DNA from: Vitrella brassicaformis CCMP3155
Taxonomy: Eukaryota > Protista > Chromerida
Length of the DNA: 64,000 nt
Direction: 5' to 3'
Assembly (NCBI GenBank): GCA_001179505.1
Contig: CDMY01000297.1
Span: 62,001-126,000 of the forward strand
Shown here: positions 1 to 10,781 of the stretch, in pieces
Numbering within the stretch: position 1 is the first letter of the stretch
How the letters are laid out: every line of letters starts with the position of its first letter
Notes under the pieces: model-generated
Databases searched by the model: none
What the model was told of the DNA's origin: nothing
Seen by the model: only the letters and a program-made list of their open reading frames with translations
Position numbers and translations under genes: made by a program

Positions 1-464
1 CCTCAATCTTCACGATCCAACCTTTTGCAGCCTGCGCGTTCCCCTGGCGATGCGTTCTCTCTCCTCTGGCACCTCTGCGAGCTTAGCCACTTCCACTTGC
101 GAGCTGAGATTTCTCGAACAGGAGGAGGTGGATACTCCCCTGGCCAGCCCTGCTCATGCCGCCGGTATGCTTCCCGCTATCGACTCTGTAGCCTTGTAAG
201 AAGAGCCTTGCAACAAGGCTTTCTCGGGTGGCTGTGGCTAGCAGACCCTCATTCAAGGCCTCCAAGCGGCTGTCCATGGCATGAGGAGTGCGGCGGAGCC
301 ATCTGAAATGGCTTCTGGCGGCGGGGAGGCGCTCAACACCGACAGGCACACCGGTGAGAGAGGGGCACACACATGGGAGTCTCAGCGCTGCGAGACGGTC
401 TGCAGCACATTCTGCGCTGTGTGTGTGTGTTTCCATGTCGGTGACTGTGTCAGGTGATCCATCT

Positions 465-2812
465 ATGAGTCAGAACGGCTACGTAGCGATGCCGCACTCT
501 GAGCAGCCGTCTTGCTTCGCCACAGTGGCCAACCCTCTCACTAGTGGTCTGCCCCAGACCAACACGGCCACCACGACCATTCCTGCGTCGATGAATCTCC
601 CCTTCCCGTCTCTGCTGGAAGCGTCGCTCGGGTTCGGTGGCCAGCCCATGCCTCCGATGGCTGGCCTGCCGCCGCTGTCCGCCCTGCCACCGCCCTTCCC
701 CGGCTCCTCTTCTCAGTCGCTGCTGGGGCTGGGCGCCATGGACATGGACACTCTCACTTCGGCAATGAATCTGTCGATGCTGGGCGGCATGCCGCCATCG
801 GCCTTCCCGCCACTCCCACCGCTACCCGACCAGCCGGCCAGCGAGAGCGCCTCTGCCTCGTCCTTCCCCCTTCCCCACCCCCATCTGCCCCCGCTCCCGC
901 CCCCGCACCCTGGCTTCCCATTCATGGGCGGGATGCCCGTGCCGCCACAGCTGTCGCCGCCCGTCGGAATGAGTGGCAGTTCGGCCGGTGAGGACAACGG
1001 GCCGGTGGGCGGCATTGGGGGCGACGGGGGAGCCGGTGATGGGGGGCTGGTGGAGAATCTGATGATGCACTTCATGAAGGCCGGGAGTGGGGGAGGCGGT
1101 GGGGGTGGCGGTGAAGGGCAGGGCCAGATGATCGATTTGCAGCAGATCGCTGAGCAGCTGGCGGCCAAGGACCACATCGACCCCGCTAAAGCAGGTGAGT
1201 GAGACTAACAGCGGGGGGGAGACAGGGAGGTGCAGAGAGAGGTCTAGGCAGGCAGCCAGCCAGGAATGGAGGGAGGCAGGCAGCACGCACACCGGCCGAG
1301 CTCGGCTCAAACACCTCGAGTGGGTCCGGGGGTATGGTAGAGTGTGCCAGACAGACAGATGAGAGGGGCATGCACCAGCTGTCAGGGGCAGACAGGGAAG
1401 TCTCGAGCCTGCCCTCTGATGCCTGACCCACAATGGCTGCATGACCTTCATCTCTCTCTCTCTCTCTCTCCGCGCGTGTGTGTGTGTGGTCAGCGCACTG
1501 GACGCTTCAGCAGTGGACTGAGGAGATGCAGGCCCTGTTCGACAACAAGGGTCCTCCCCCCTTGCAGCACCAGCAGCCGATGCCGCCCGCCCCGGTGCTG
1601 CCTGCACCTGCTGTGCCGGGCCGCGGGGGCCACAATGTGCCGCCCGCCACGGCCGCGAGAGGCGGCAGAAGGATATCTCCATTGACTGGGTGAGGGAGGG
1701 AGGGAGGGAGGCGTCTACTCCCACGCGTATCCACCACCTGTGGTATGTTGTGTCGTGTTGCGTGTTCTGCAGTGAGCCTGAAACGAGACGCGGGCGCCCC
1801 TCACAGGACAAGAGCACCTACTTCTGCGGACTATGCCATGTATGTCAGTCAGTCAATGCACACCGCACCCTCACCACACAAACACACGTATGTGTCGCCC
1901 GTTGGTTGTGTCGTGGATGGATGGATGGATGGATGTGTTGTGCAGTCGCGCGAGACCCCCCAGTGGCGGTACTCGGGCCAGCTGCGGCTCTGCAACGCCT
2001 GCTGGCTCAAACTCTCGCGCCGCATCCGCGCACACAAGAATGCCACCGAGCAGGCAGCCATTCAGCAGGCCCAGGCACAGGTGGCCAACGATGCCTCACC
2101 CACATCCCAGCACGAGAACAGTGGCGGTGCCGGTGCTGGTGCTGGTGCTGCTGCTGGTGGTGGCTTCGGGCAGCATCCTGCGTCTGAGGGTCCTGTGGGA
2201 GGTGTGGGTGGTCATGCGGACGACCCCCGGATAGCGCAGCTGCTCAACGAGACCATGGGTGGCAGCGTGACCAGGGATGGGGAGCGGAACTACATGGCTC
2301 ATATCAAGACAGAGCCCGTCGATGACGATCCAGGTGGGTCAGAGAACGAAGAGATGAGACGTCTTTGTTGCGTAATGGATGTGTCTCGGCTGGTGTGTTG
2401 TGTTGTGTTGGTTGCATCAGGTGGGTATGGATTCTCCCACCCTGCCCACCCTGCCCTCAACAACAACACTAGCAGTGTCGGTGCCCCTCCGGCCAACGGC
2501 CTCCATCCCCGCGAGTGCTCCAAGTCGCCCACCTCGTCAGCCATCGACTCACACGAGTCACCCCCCCTGCAGCCGGCACGCAGCCGGCAGCAGAAGCGGC
2601 AGCAGAAGGACCGCCGCCCGCCGTGCGAGCGCATCCCGGGGCCCTGCGAGTCGGCCCGCAAGAGGGCCCGCACGCGGAGCCGCAAGGATGACTTGCTGGG
2701 CGGTGGTGATGATGGCGGGCTGACGGCGCTGTTGTGCGCGGAGGCGGTGCTGCATCGGGAGGGCCGGGTGGGCCTGGAGCAGGAGGACAATACTGGAGCG
2801 GGGGCGGAGTAG
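465..2812 (+). CDS. GATA-type zinc-finger transcription factor-like protein (5 coding exons; Pro/Gly-rich N-terminus)
   Basis: Exons about 465-1194, 1494-1689, 1773-1839, 1946-~2332, ~2421-2812 join in frame at GT-AG sites. Splicing 1839 to 1946 gives FCGLCH|SRETPQWRYSGQLRLCNACWLKLSRR, matching the GATA C-x2-C...TPxWR...LCNAC signature. Confidence 0.8.
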
Positions 2813-2872
2813 CAAGTGACGGTGGATGAGGTGCGGTGGGGTGGTGGAGATTCGTGCCGTAGCGTGTCGCAC

Positions 2873-2972
2873 AGAGAGACACAAAGAGAGCTGATTTGTC
2901 AATATCTGAGAGAGCAAATGAGAGAGACACAAAGAGAGCTGATTTGTCAATATCTGAGAGAGCAAATGAGAG
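2873..2972. repeat. Perfect 48-bp tandem duplication (2 copies plus 4 nt) downstream of the GATA-like gene
   Basis: agagagacacaaagagagctgatttgtcaatatctgagagagcaaatg at 2873-2920 and again at 2921-2968. Confidence 0.95.
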
Positions 2973-5195
2973 CTGTTGGAGAGGAGTGAGTGATTTGATG
3001 GTTGCCTACCTGCCTGCCTGCCTAGCTAGATGCCTGTGTGTCCGACCGAATTGGTCAGCGTGCGTGTTGACCGCTTGATTTTTCCCTCGTGTGTGGCGAT
3101 TAGACAGAGAGCGAGAGCGAGGTAGAGAGAGGCACACCTAGACGAGAGGCAGGCACAGCAGCAGCAGCAGCAGCAGGAGCAGGAGTTGAGAGAAGTGCAT
3201 TGCTACTGGTCCAAGGAGAGACATTTAGCGAGCTACGGTGGGTGGATGTATTGATGTATTGCGTGGTGTGTGTGTGGGTGGGGTGAATAGCCATTGATGG
3301 TGCTGTGTGTGGACAGATCTGATTGACTCATTCATGCGTCTGTCCGTTCTGACTGACATTTGTAGCGAAAGAGTGAACGAGCATCGGTTCGTCGAGCAGC
3401 AGCAGCCACAGACAAGTCGAGTCGAGTCGAGTCGACGCGTAACTTCCCGGCCAACCGACCCACCTCTCTCTCTCTATAAACGCAGAGCCACCTCCCCTCC
3501 CTCCAACCACAGCACAACACAGACGAACACACGGATAGATAGAACCCCAGCAGCCAGCCAGCCAGGCCATACATGCGCAGTTCCTGCTCGTCCGAGCCGA
3601 CCACACCCGTGGTGTATCCCTGGCACCCGACGTGTACGCGCGGTCGCCAGCGACGCCGCGCAGGTGAGATCGGCTCGGACACACGGGAATGCCACGCAAT
3701 CCAACGCAACACACACCAAAGGAACCAACTGTTCTTTGCCTCTCTGATTTGCCTCACTCCGTGTTCCACTTTTCAAGATTTCGTCGGCACACCGCATCGA
3801 CGACACGACGCCGGCACGATACCATCGACCGACCGACCGAGACCGACGGATGGATGGATGGATGGGCCAACACTGACAGGGTGAGAGACCAGGTGGACAC
3901 GGTCGTTGTCAAGAGGTCCATAGGGAGATATCTAGAGCCCGAGCGACTCGATACACACATACATAGGCACAGACGTGTGGACAGACAGACAGAGATACAG
4001 AGATACAGACAGACAGGAAGCACATGACGGCCGTCATCAATCAGTCGATAGATAAAACTTTCTTCCTTCTTCAGCGGTAGATAGTCGACACATGTGACTG
4101 ACATACATGGACAGACATGGGCAGACAATACAGACAGCTTTCCCCTCCCTCTTCGTTGAGCATTGGCGGCGGCCGACCGCACAGCACACACAAAAACATA
4201 CACGGGGCGGTAAGCCACCCACCCGCCAGAAAAATTGTCATCGCTGACACGTCATGCATCGCATCGATCAGGCGCCTCCCTGGCGGATCCAGCTCAAAAA
4301 GGAAGAAGGAACGCAGACAGAGCCCGGCTGACGCCTACCTACCCACAGACACACATTCACTCACTGAAACATACGATCGATGGATGGGTACGATATAAAG
4401 GATGGGACACAATGGATGGATGGATGGATCGATGTGCCAGCTCATGCACCATTGTAACTGCACTGTTTACCTCGCCCACAGCTGTCGCCCCTCCCCGCCC
4501 TCCCTCAATACAATGAATGCCTCATAGATTAAGATGGATGTGTGCTGAGAAGACCGAGTGCGATACACATACATACATACACACATACACACATACATAC
4601 ACACATGTATACACACATATATGCCTGGCAGCTGCCTGCGTAGGCAGGCAATCCGGTCGGTCCGCCGGCCAGCCGGCTCTAAAAAGGGCAGGCAGCCACC
4701 CCCGACCACACCACACACACGTACGGAGATAAAAAGTGCCAGACCACAGCACCCCATTCATCGTCGACAGTGGAGCGAGTCGAGCCCAGTGGTGTGTGTG
4801 TGTGTGTGAGCCATCTTGCGTGGTGTATGAATACCCATTGCCGTGGCCGACCGACACCGTGGTGTCCCCCTCCCCCTCCCCCCCCGGCCAATCCAAATAG
4901 GCACATGTATGTATGTATGCAATGCACACGATCAGCATGCCAACCGACACAGAGGAAGGAAGGACCGATGAATGAATAAAACCGACGTGCACTGCACCCA
5001 CTCGTCCGTCCGTCCGTCCACGGCAGCACATGGACATCATCCATCGATAGATACATGTACATGGCCACACGGCTGCTCACCCCTCTAGGAACTGCGTGTA
5101 TCGACCTAACACCGATTGACACATCCAACCATCCAAGCATCCAACCGACTACCCACGAAACAAAATCGATCGCCGATTTCTCCAGCCCCCAGTCG

Positions 5196-8100
5196 TCACA
5201 CCTCCTTGACGGAGACCTTGCCAGTGTGTGTGCCGGTGTGTGCGTGTGTTGGGGGAGTGGTGGAGTCGCTGTCGGTCTCCTTGTTGACGGGCACTGGCTG
5301 CTCCAGCTGCTCCCTGAGCTGGAATATCACCGACGGCCAGATCGACATGGCGAAGAAGTCGCCGATGAGATCGCCCTCGATGCCGTAGATACTGCGCACC
5401 TTGCACCGCAGCAACGCACCTGAGACATGCACACACATAAACAACCAACAATATGAACATCTCTCGCCGTGTGTGTGTGTGTGTGTTCTGTTGGTCTGTC
5501 TCGCGTACCCATGACGGCGAACACAGTGAGGCACGCCCAGGCCACACAGTGCAGATTGTGCACTGGCGCATCAACCGCCCTGGTGATGGCCTGGATGATC
5601 AGCAGCGCCCATGCGCCGTAGAAGAAGACTCCCATCATCAGGGCGGTTGTCCAGCCGCCCTTGCCCTTGCCGTGGGCCTTGCGTGCGACGGGGCCGAAGC
5701 CCAGCGACGGGCAGACGAGGTACAGCAGGTGTGCCGGGACGGCCGCAAAGTCGGGGCGGTGGAACATCTGATGGTGTCAGGTCATGTGCAGACAGGGAGA
5801 GGGAGGGTGGGTGTTGGGGTGGGTTGGGGTGTGCGCTGTCCGATGGATTACCTACCTGGATGAGGGGCAGCTTCCACTGCTCCCATCCATAGTGCTTGAG
5901 GACGCCCTTCTCCTTGGCCACATACTTGTAGAGCGACATCATCATGTAGCACATGACCACCGTGTATATCAACCTGACAGACCGATCTCAGCCACACACA
6001 CACATAAGCTTAGCGCGCCTCCCTCCCTCCCTCCCTCCCTCATTGACCCACCCAGTAATGATCGATGCTGTCTGCAGGGATTTGAGAGCATGGTCGCCGC
6101 CCGACATGAGCAGCGCCGTGGCCGTGGCGCCCTCAGTGAAGGCCCAGAACACACGAGTGACGATCGTCGGCTCCTGCGTCCCGTTGTCTGCCAGAGAATC
6201 AACCACAAGCGACCCTGCAACACACACACGAAGGCCGCATATCGTCGATGGATGGTGTCTGTGTGTGATTGTGATTGTACAGTATTGCGTACGTACCCGA
6301 GTCCGACGACGTGACAAAGTAGAGAGTGATGCCGATGAGCGAGAGGAAAGTGAGAAGCGGCCCGATGCCCTCGTACTGGTCCATCAGGTCAAACCACATG
6401 TCATTGGTCCCGCGGCACGACAACCGCAGCTTCTGACCTGGGTCCGGCACCTTCACACACACGACACAAACGCAGTAAGTGGCCTTTCACCCCATCCATC
6501 CGTCCGTCCATCTGTTCGGCCGCGCACGCACACACGCACCTTGAGGTCTTTCATGGAATCGCACGTGATGCCTTCTAGGGCCGCCTCGCGCTCGACCCGC
6601 AGCGCGCTGCCGCCGAAGATGGTGAGCCAGAGGAAGGTGTAGACACAGGGGGCCGTCATGACGCCCATGATGAACTGGCGGATGGTGCGGCCGCGGGAGA
6701 TCTTGGCGATGAAGATGCCGCAGAAGGGCGCCCAGGAGATCCACCAGCCCCAGTAGAAAATCGTCCTGATTGATCGCACACACCGACACAGACAGGTCGA
6801 AACTGTGTGTTCACATGTGGATGAATGAATGTGTGTGTACCACTCGTCCATCCATCCCGCGGGAGCGCCTGTGGCGTCGGGCGATCCACCGCCGTTGAGT
6901 TGCTCGAAGGCGTCCGTCCCTGCAATGCAGTACAGTGGATAGACACACGTAGACGAAGGAATGGATTGATGGATGGATGGATGTGTGTGTATGTGCAGGT
7001 AGGTGGTAAGGCACATGACGTACACGTCTGCAGTTTGAGGATCCACTGGAAGTAAACACCGAGGTTTTGCGTGTAGAGGTTCAGCAGATACCTGACAAGA
7101 GGACACACACAGACAGTGCAGCACAGACCCCGCCACACTGAGACGTCCCCATCAGTGGCTGCTCGCCTTTGATTGACTCACCATGTGTCGTCAGCGAAGA
7201 TGGTCAGCAGCATCAGGACGTTGCCCACCATGAAGCAGATCTCACTCAGTATCTTCACCCCGACCTTCAGCCCTGAACAACACATGAACGACGGGCAGCC
7301 AGCCATACACAAACACATATCCATGCGCTCAGCCGCTCGGTGACTGACACGTTCCCTCCAATGCTCACCGCTGACGACCGACAGTGTGGCGATGGCGGTG
7401 ATGACCCAGATGAGCAGCACCTGAGAGTTCTCGCTCACCTCAAAACCCGGGAAATACCTTCACAAACAGCCAGAACCACATCACATACCACGTGACAATT
7501 ACACGTCCAAGCCCATCGTCCTCCCACACACTCACCTGTTTAGGCCTGCGTTGAGTTGCATCGCCCCAAGGCCCAAAGACGTGCACACGCCGGCCACCGT
7601 GGCGACGATCGAGATGACATCGATGACGTCGCCCAGTGGCCCGAACACACGGTCGCCGAGCAGTGGGTAGAATGTGCTCTTCATGTTCATAGGAAGGTTG
7701 GATCGGTAACACAAAAGGCCCAGCAGCATGCCAAGAATCGCATACACCACCCAGGCGTGGAAGCCCCAGTGGAAATACGTTATCAGCATGCTCCTGCCAG
7801 ACGGGAAACCAGGCCAGGACGTCAGGAGGAGGAAGGATTGTGCCCCCATATCTCTGTCTGTCTGCCTGATCCGCTCCCGCACGTACGTACCACTGTGCGC
7901 GTTCGTTGTCTTCCATCTCGGACCACCGCGCCCCGTGGCACTCGCCCGTGCCAGGGACCGGGCTCCCGTCCTCGTTAAACCGGCGAGCACCGGCGAAGGG
8001 ACTGCCATAGCACGGCTCATAGTGCCATATTGGCTGAACCGATCGACACCAACAAACACGTGTGAGAATGAACATATGAGCACCGTGCGCCAGCGTGGCC

Positions 8101-8890
8101 GTCATGTATCCCCGATCCTCCCCACTAACTTACCTCAGCCACACCGAAGTAGAACAAACCGATACCAACGCCGCACGCAAACAGCATGGCAAACCAGGAG
8201 CCTGATGATGTCCATGCATGTCTCTCAACTCAATGCCCTGGTCCACCCACCCTTCCACCCACCGAGTGAGAATTCGGGATCTTCGTCATCCTTGCCCATC
8301 TTAATGTCGCCATACTTGGACAAATACAGCCACAGCAGAAACACCGTCCACCTGGTTGGTTGATGCAGACAGACAGACAGACGACCTCAAGGAATCACAG
8401 CCGACGAAGAGGCTATTCCCTTGCCTTCCCTCCCGTGTCCACTTCGCTCACACTGCCTGGGTGCCCATATACAGCCACGTCCAGGTGCTGGTGATCCACA
8501 GCTTGGCCGACTCGAGGTGGATACGTGCGCAGGTCTCCGAGTCAGGGTCCTGGCAGGTGATCATGGCCCACGCGACGAACCCCCAGAGGAGGATGCACGC
8601 GGCTATCGTGATGACGGGATTGCAGCGGATCTTCAAGAAGCCGATACCAAACGGGGTCACCTCGAACGAAAACATCTTCGACGACCAGTCCACCTCACCA
8701 TTCTCGGACGCCTGGCACCAGAAAGACACAGTCACACTCGATGACGCATGCGAGATGTCTCTCGTGTCGCTCGGCGTTCCTCGTCTGTCGTCACGACGCT
8801 CACCTCGGACGGGAGGATGTCGACCTCGTGGTTGCCCGGGGAAAAGCCCAGCATCCCCTGGCTGCTCTTCTCGGATTGATGATGCGCCAT
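5196..8890 (-). CDS. BCCT family (betaine/carnitine/choline) transporter, multi-exon
   Basis: Spliced translation has the BCCT hallmarks [17 protein letters not shown]...LP...STFYPLLG...[27 protein letters not shown] and [31 protein letters not shown], plus many hydrophobic segments. ATG at 8890 (MAHQSEKSS); stop at 5196. Confidence 0.93.
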
Positions 8891-9111
8891 GGCGCAGATC
8901 TTGACCACCGGGCAGCACTCGAGTCACTCTCTCACACTCACAGCGCCGCGGACGCGAGAAAAACCTGATGTTGAGATCCTCCGCAAAAGCTCGCTGGGGA
9001 GAGCTTAGCTCGCAGGCCTCGCAGCTCGCATCGTTGTTTCGGTGAGCATCTCCTCGCTTGTACGTCCATTCCGTCAAGCCACAGCTGCACGAAGCGACGT
9101 GAGTGACTGAA

Positions 9112-10554
9112 ATGAAGAAATCCTTTGCAGAGGAGGAGAGGGATGACGTGCCATACTTGCGCTGCCTGGCGGACAGGAAAGGCCTGCTGATTGGCACTGC
9201 TGTCAATGACTGGGCCCTGCGCAGCGGCGACGCTCCTTATCAGCAGATTCTGCAAAAACAGTTCAACGTGGTGGTAGCTGAGAATGCCTGCAAGTGGGGA
9301 TCTCTTCGGCCGTCGAGGTCGGTATTCGACTTCACCGATGCAGACAGGATCCAGCAGCTGGCGGAGGACAACAAGCAGAAGTTCCGGGGACACTGCCTGT
9401 GAGCTGGCGTGTTTGTTTGGTCAGTGCAGATCTGCACTGCACTGCACACCATCTTGCCTGTGTGTGTGTGTGTGGTGTGCAGGGTGTGGCACAACTGGAA
9501 TGGCAACCCGGAGTGGCTCAATCGCTTCCACGGCAGTGCTCAGGAGAAGCAGGCCCTACTCGAGGAGCACATCGGCACTGTGGTGAGGCACTTTGGCGGC
9601 AAGATCTTCGCTTGGGACGTCGTCAACGAAGGTGATTGGGCCAGTCGTGGCATCAGCACCGACCATGTGCACATCCATCTGTCGTCTTTCACTGCTTGCG
9701 TGTGGCCAGCGCTTGAAGATCAGCAGCCGGCCCCGTCGTGCCCCGCCCTCCGTAAGTCCATATGGTCAGACATCCCCGACTTTATCGACTTGGCCTTCCG
9801 CCGCGCCCACGAGGCCGCCCCGCCCTCCACACAGCTTTTCTACAACGACTACAACGTCGCCTCCTGCAGGGGATGGTCCAAGCCTAAGGCAGACGCCATG
9901 TTGCATCTTGTCAGGGGCATGCTCGAAAGGGGCGTGCCCATACACGGGGTCAGTAGGCAGCAAACAGACGAGTGGTGCACAGGCACATCTATCTATGTGT
10001 CTGCTCTCTGCTTAATCTGTGTGTGTGTCAGGTGGGCTTCCAGCTGCACACCAACACTCACGCCAACACGTCAATGCTGATGGACGGCATCCGCGAGAAT
10101 GTGAGGCGCTATGCTGACCTCGGCATTGTGGTGCACATGACGGAAGTCGACGTGCCAGGTGAGCGTCAATGGTGGCAAACATCTGTGGTTGTGACCGATT
10201 GCCCACGTGTGTGGTGTGTGTGCAGGTGGCCAGTGGGATCACGGCAAGTTTCATCCACTGCCAGCGGACAAGTGGACGGACGCCGACAGGGCGACTCAAG
10301 CGGACATATACGGCGAGCTCCTCAAGATCTGTGTGGAAGAGCCGAACGTCAAGGCCTTCCTGAGCTGGGGATTCACCGACAAATACACGTGGCTGCCAGG
10401 TACTGCGTATAGAGAGATGCATGTGTCCTAGCGGCATGTGTCCCATGTGTGTCTGTGTGTGCGCGTGTCTACAGAGGATTGTCCACTGCCGTGGGACCGT
10501 CAGTACGGAGAGAAGCCAGCGGTGAAGGCGATGCGGCGGGCACTAGAAGCGTGA
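9112..10554 (+). CDS. Glycoside hydrolase family 10 (endo-1,4-beta-xylanase-like), no signal peptide
   Basis: Spliced motifs ENACKW, RGHCLVWH, WDVVNE (acid/base), LFYNDYN, VGFQLH, HMTEVD (nucleophile) and WGFTDKYTWL. Stop TGA at 10552-10554. Confidence 0.95.
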
Positions 10555-10781
10555 TCAATACATGTGGATGAAAGGAAAGAGAATTCGAAGTTTTTGTGTT
10601 GTCAAAGGGATGGGGCAATGGGCAGACTACATGGATTTACGTTGCACATAGAATGCGTGTCCGTTTGCAAGCAAGGAGGCTGCGAAACAGCGATACGTAT
10701 TGCGACTGCATGCACTGACACGCAATGATCAACAGAGCAAGCGAGAGGAATACACGAAACACACAGCGACCAGTAGGTCAA

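Noticed and set aside
3100-5150. Possible spliced small gene or lncRNA (TATAAA at about 3475, donor-like GTGAGA at 3664, several 60-180 aa ORFs)
   Set aside because: No consistent exon chain or protein-like ORF could be assembled; the ORFs are dominated by microsatellite translations (THTH, DGWMD). Probably UTR or intergenic.
9397-9402. In-frame TGA after GHCL in GH10, and TAA after TQGPQ at 42194 in the CEP76-like gene, considered as possible recoding or selenocysteine
   Set aside because: Both stops lie within GT donor sites (ct|gtgagc; ca|gtaagc), and normal splicing restores the frame.
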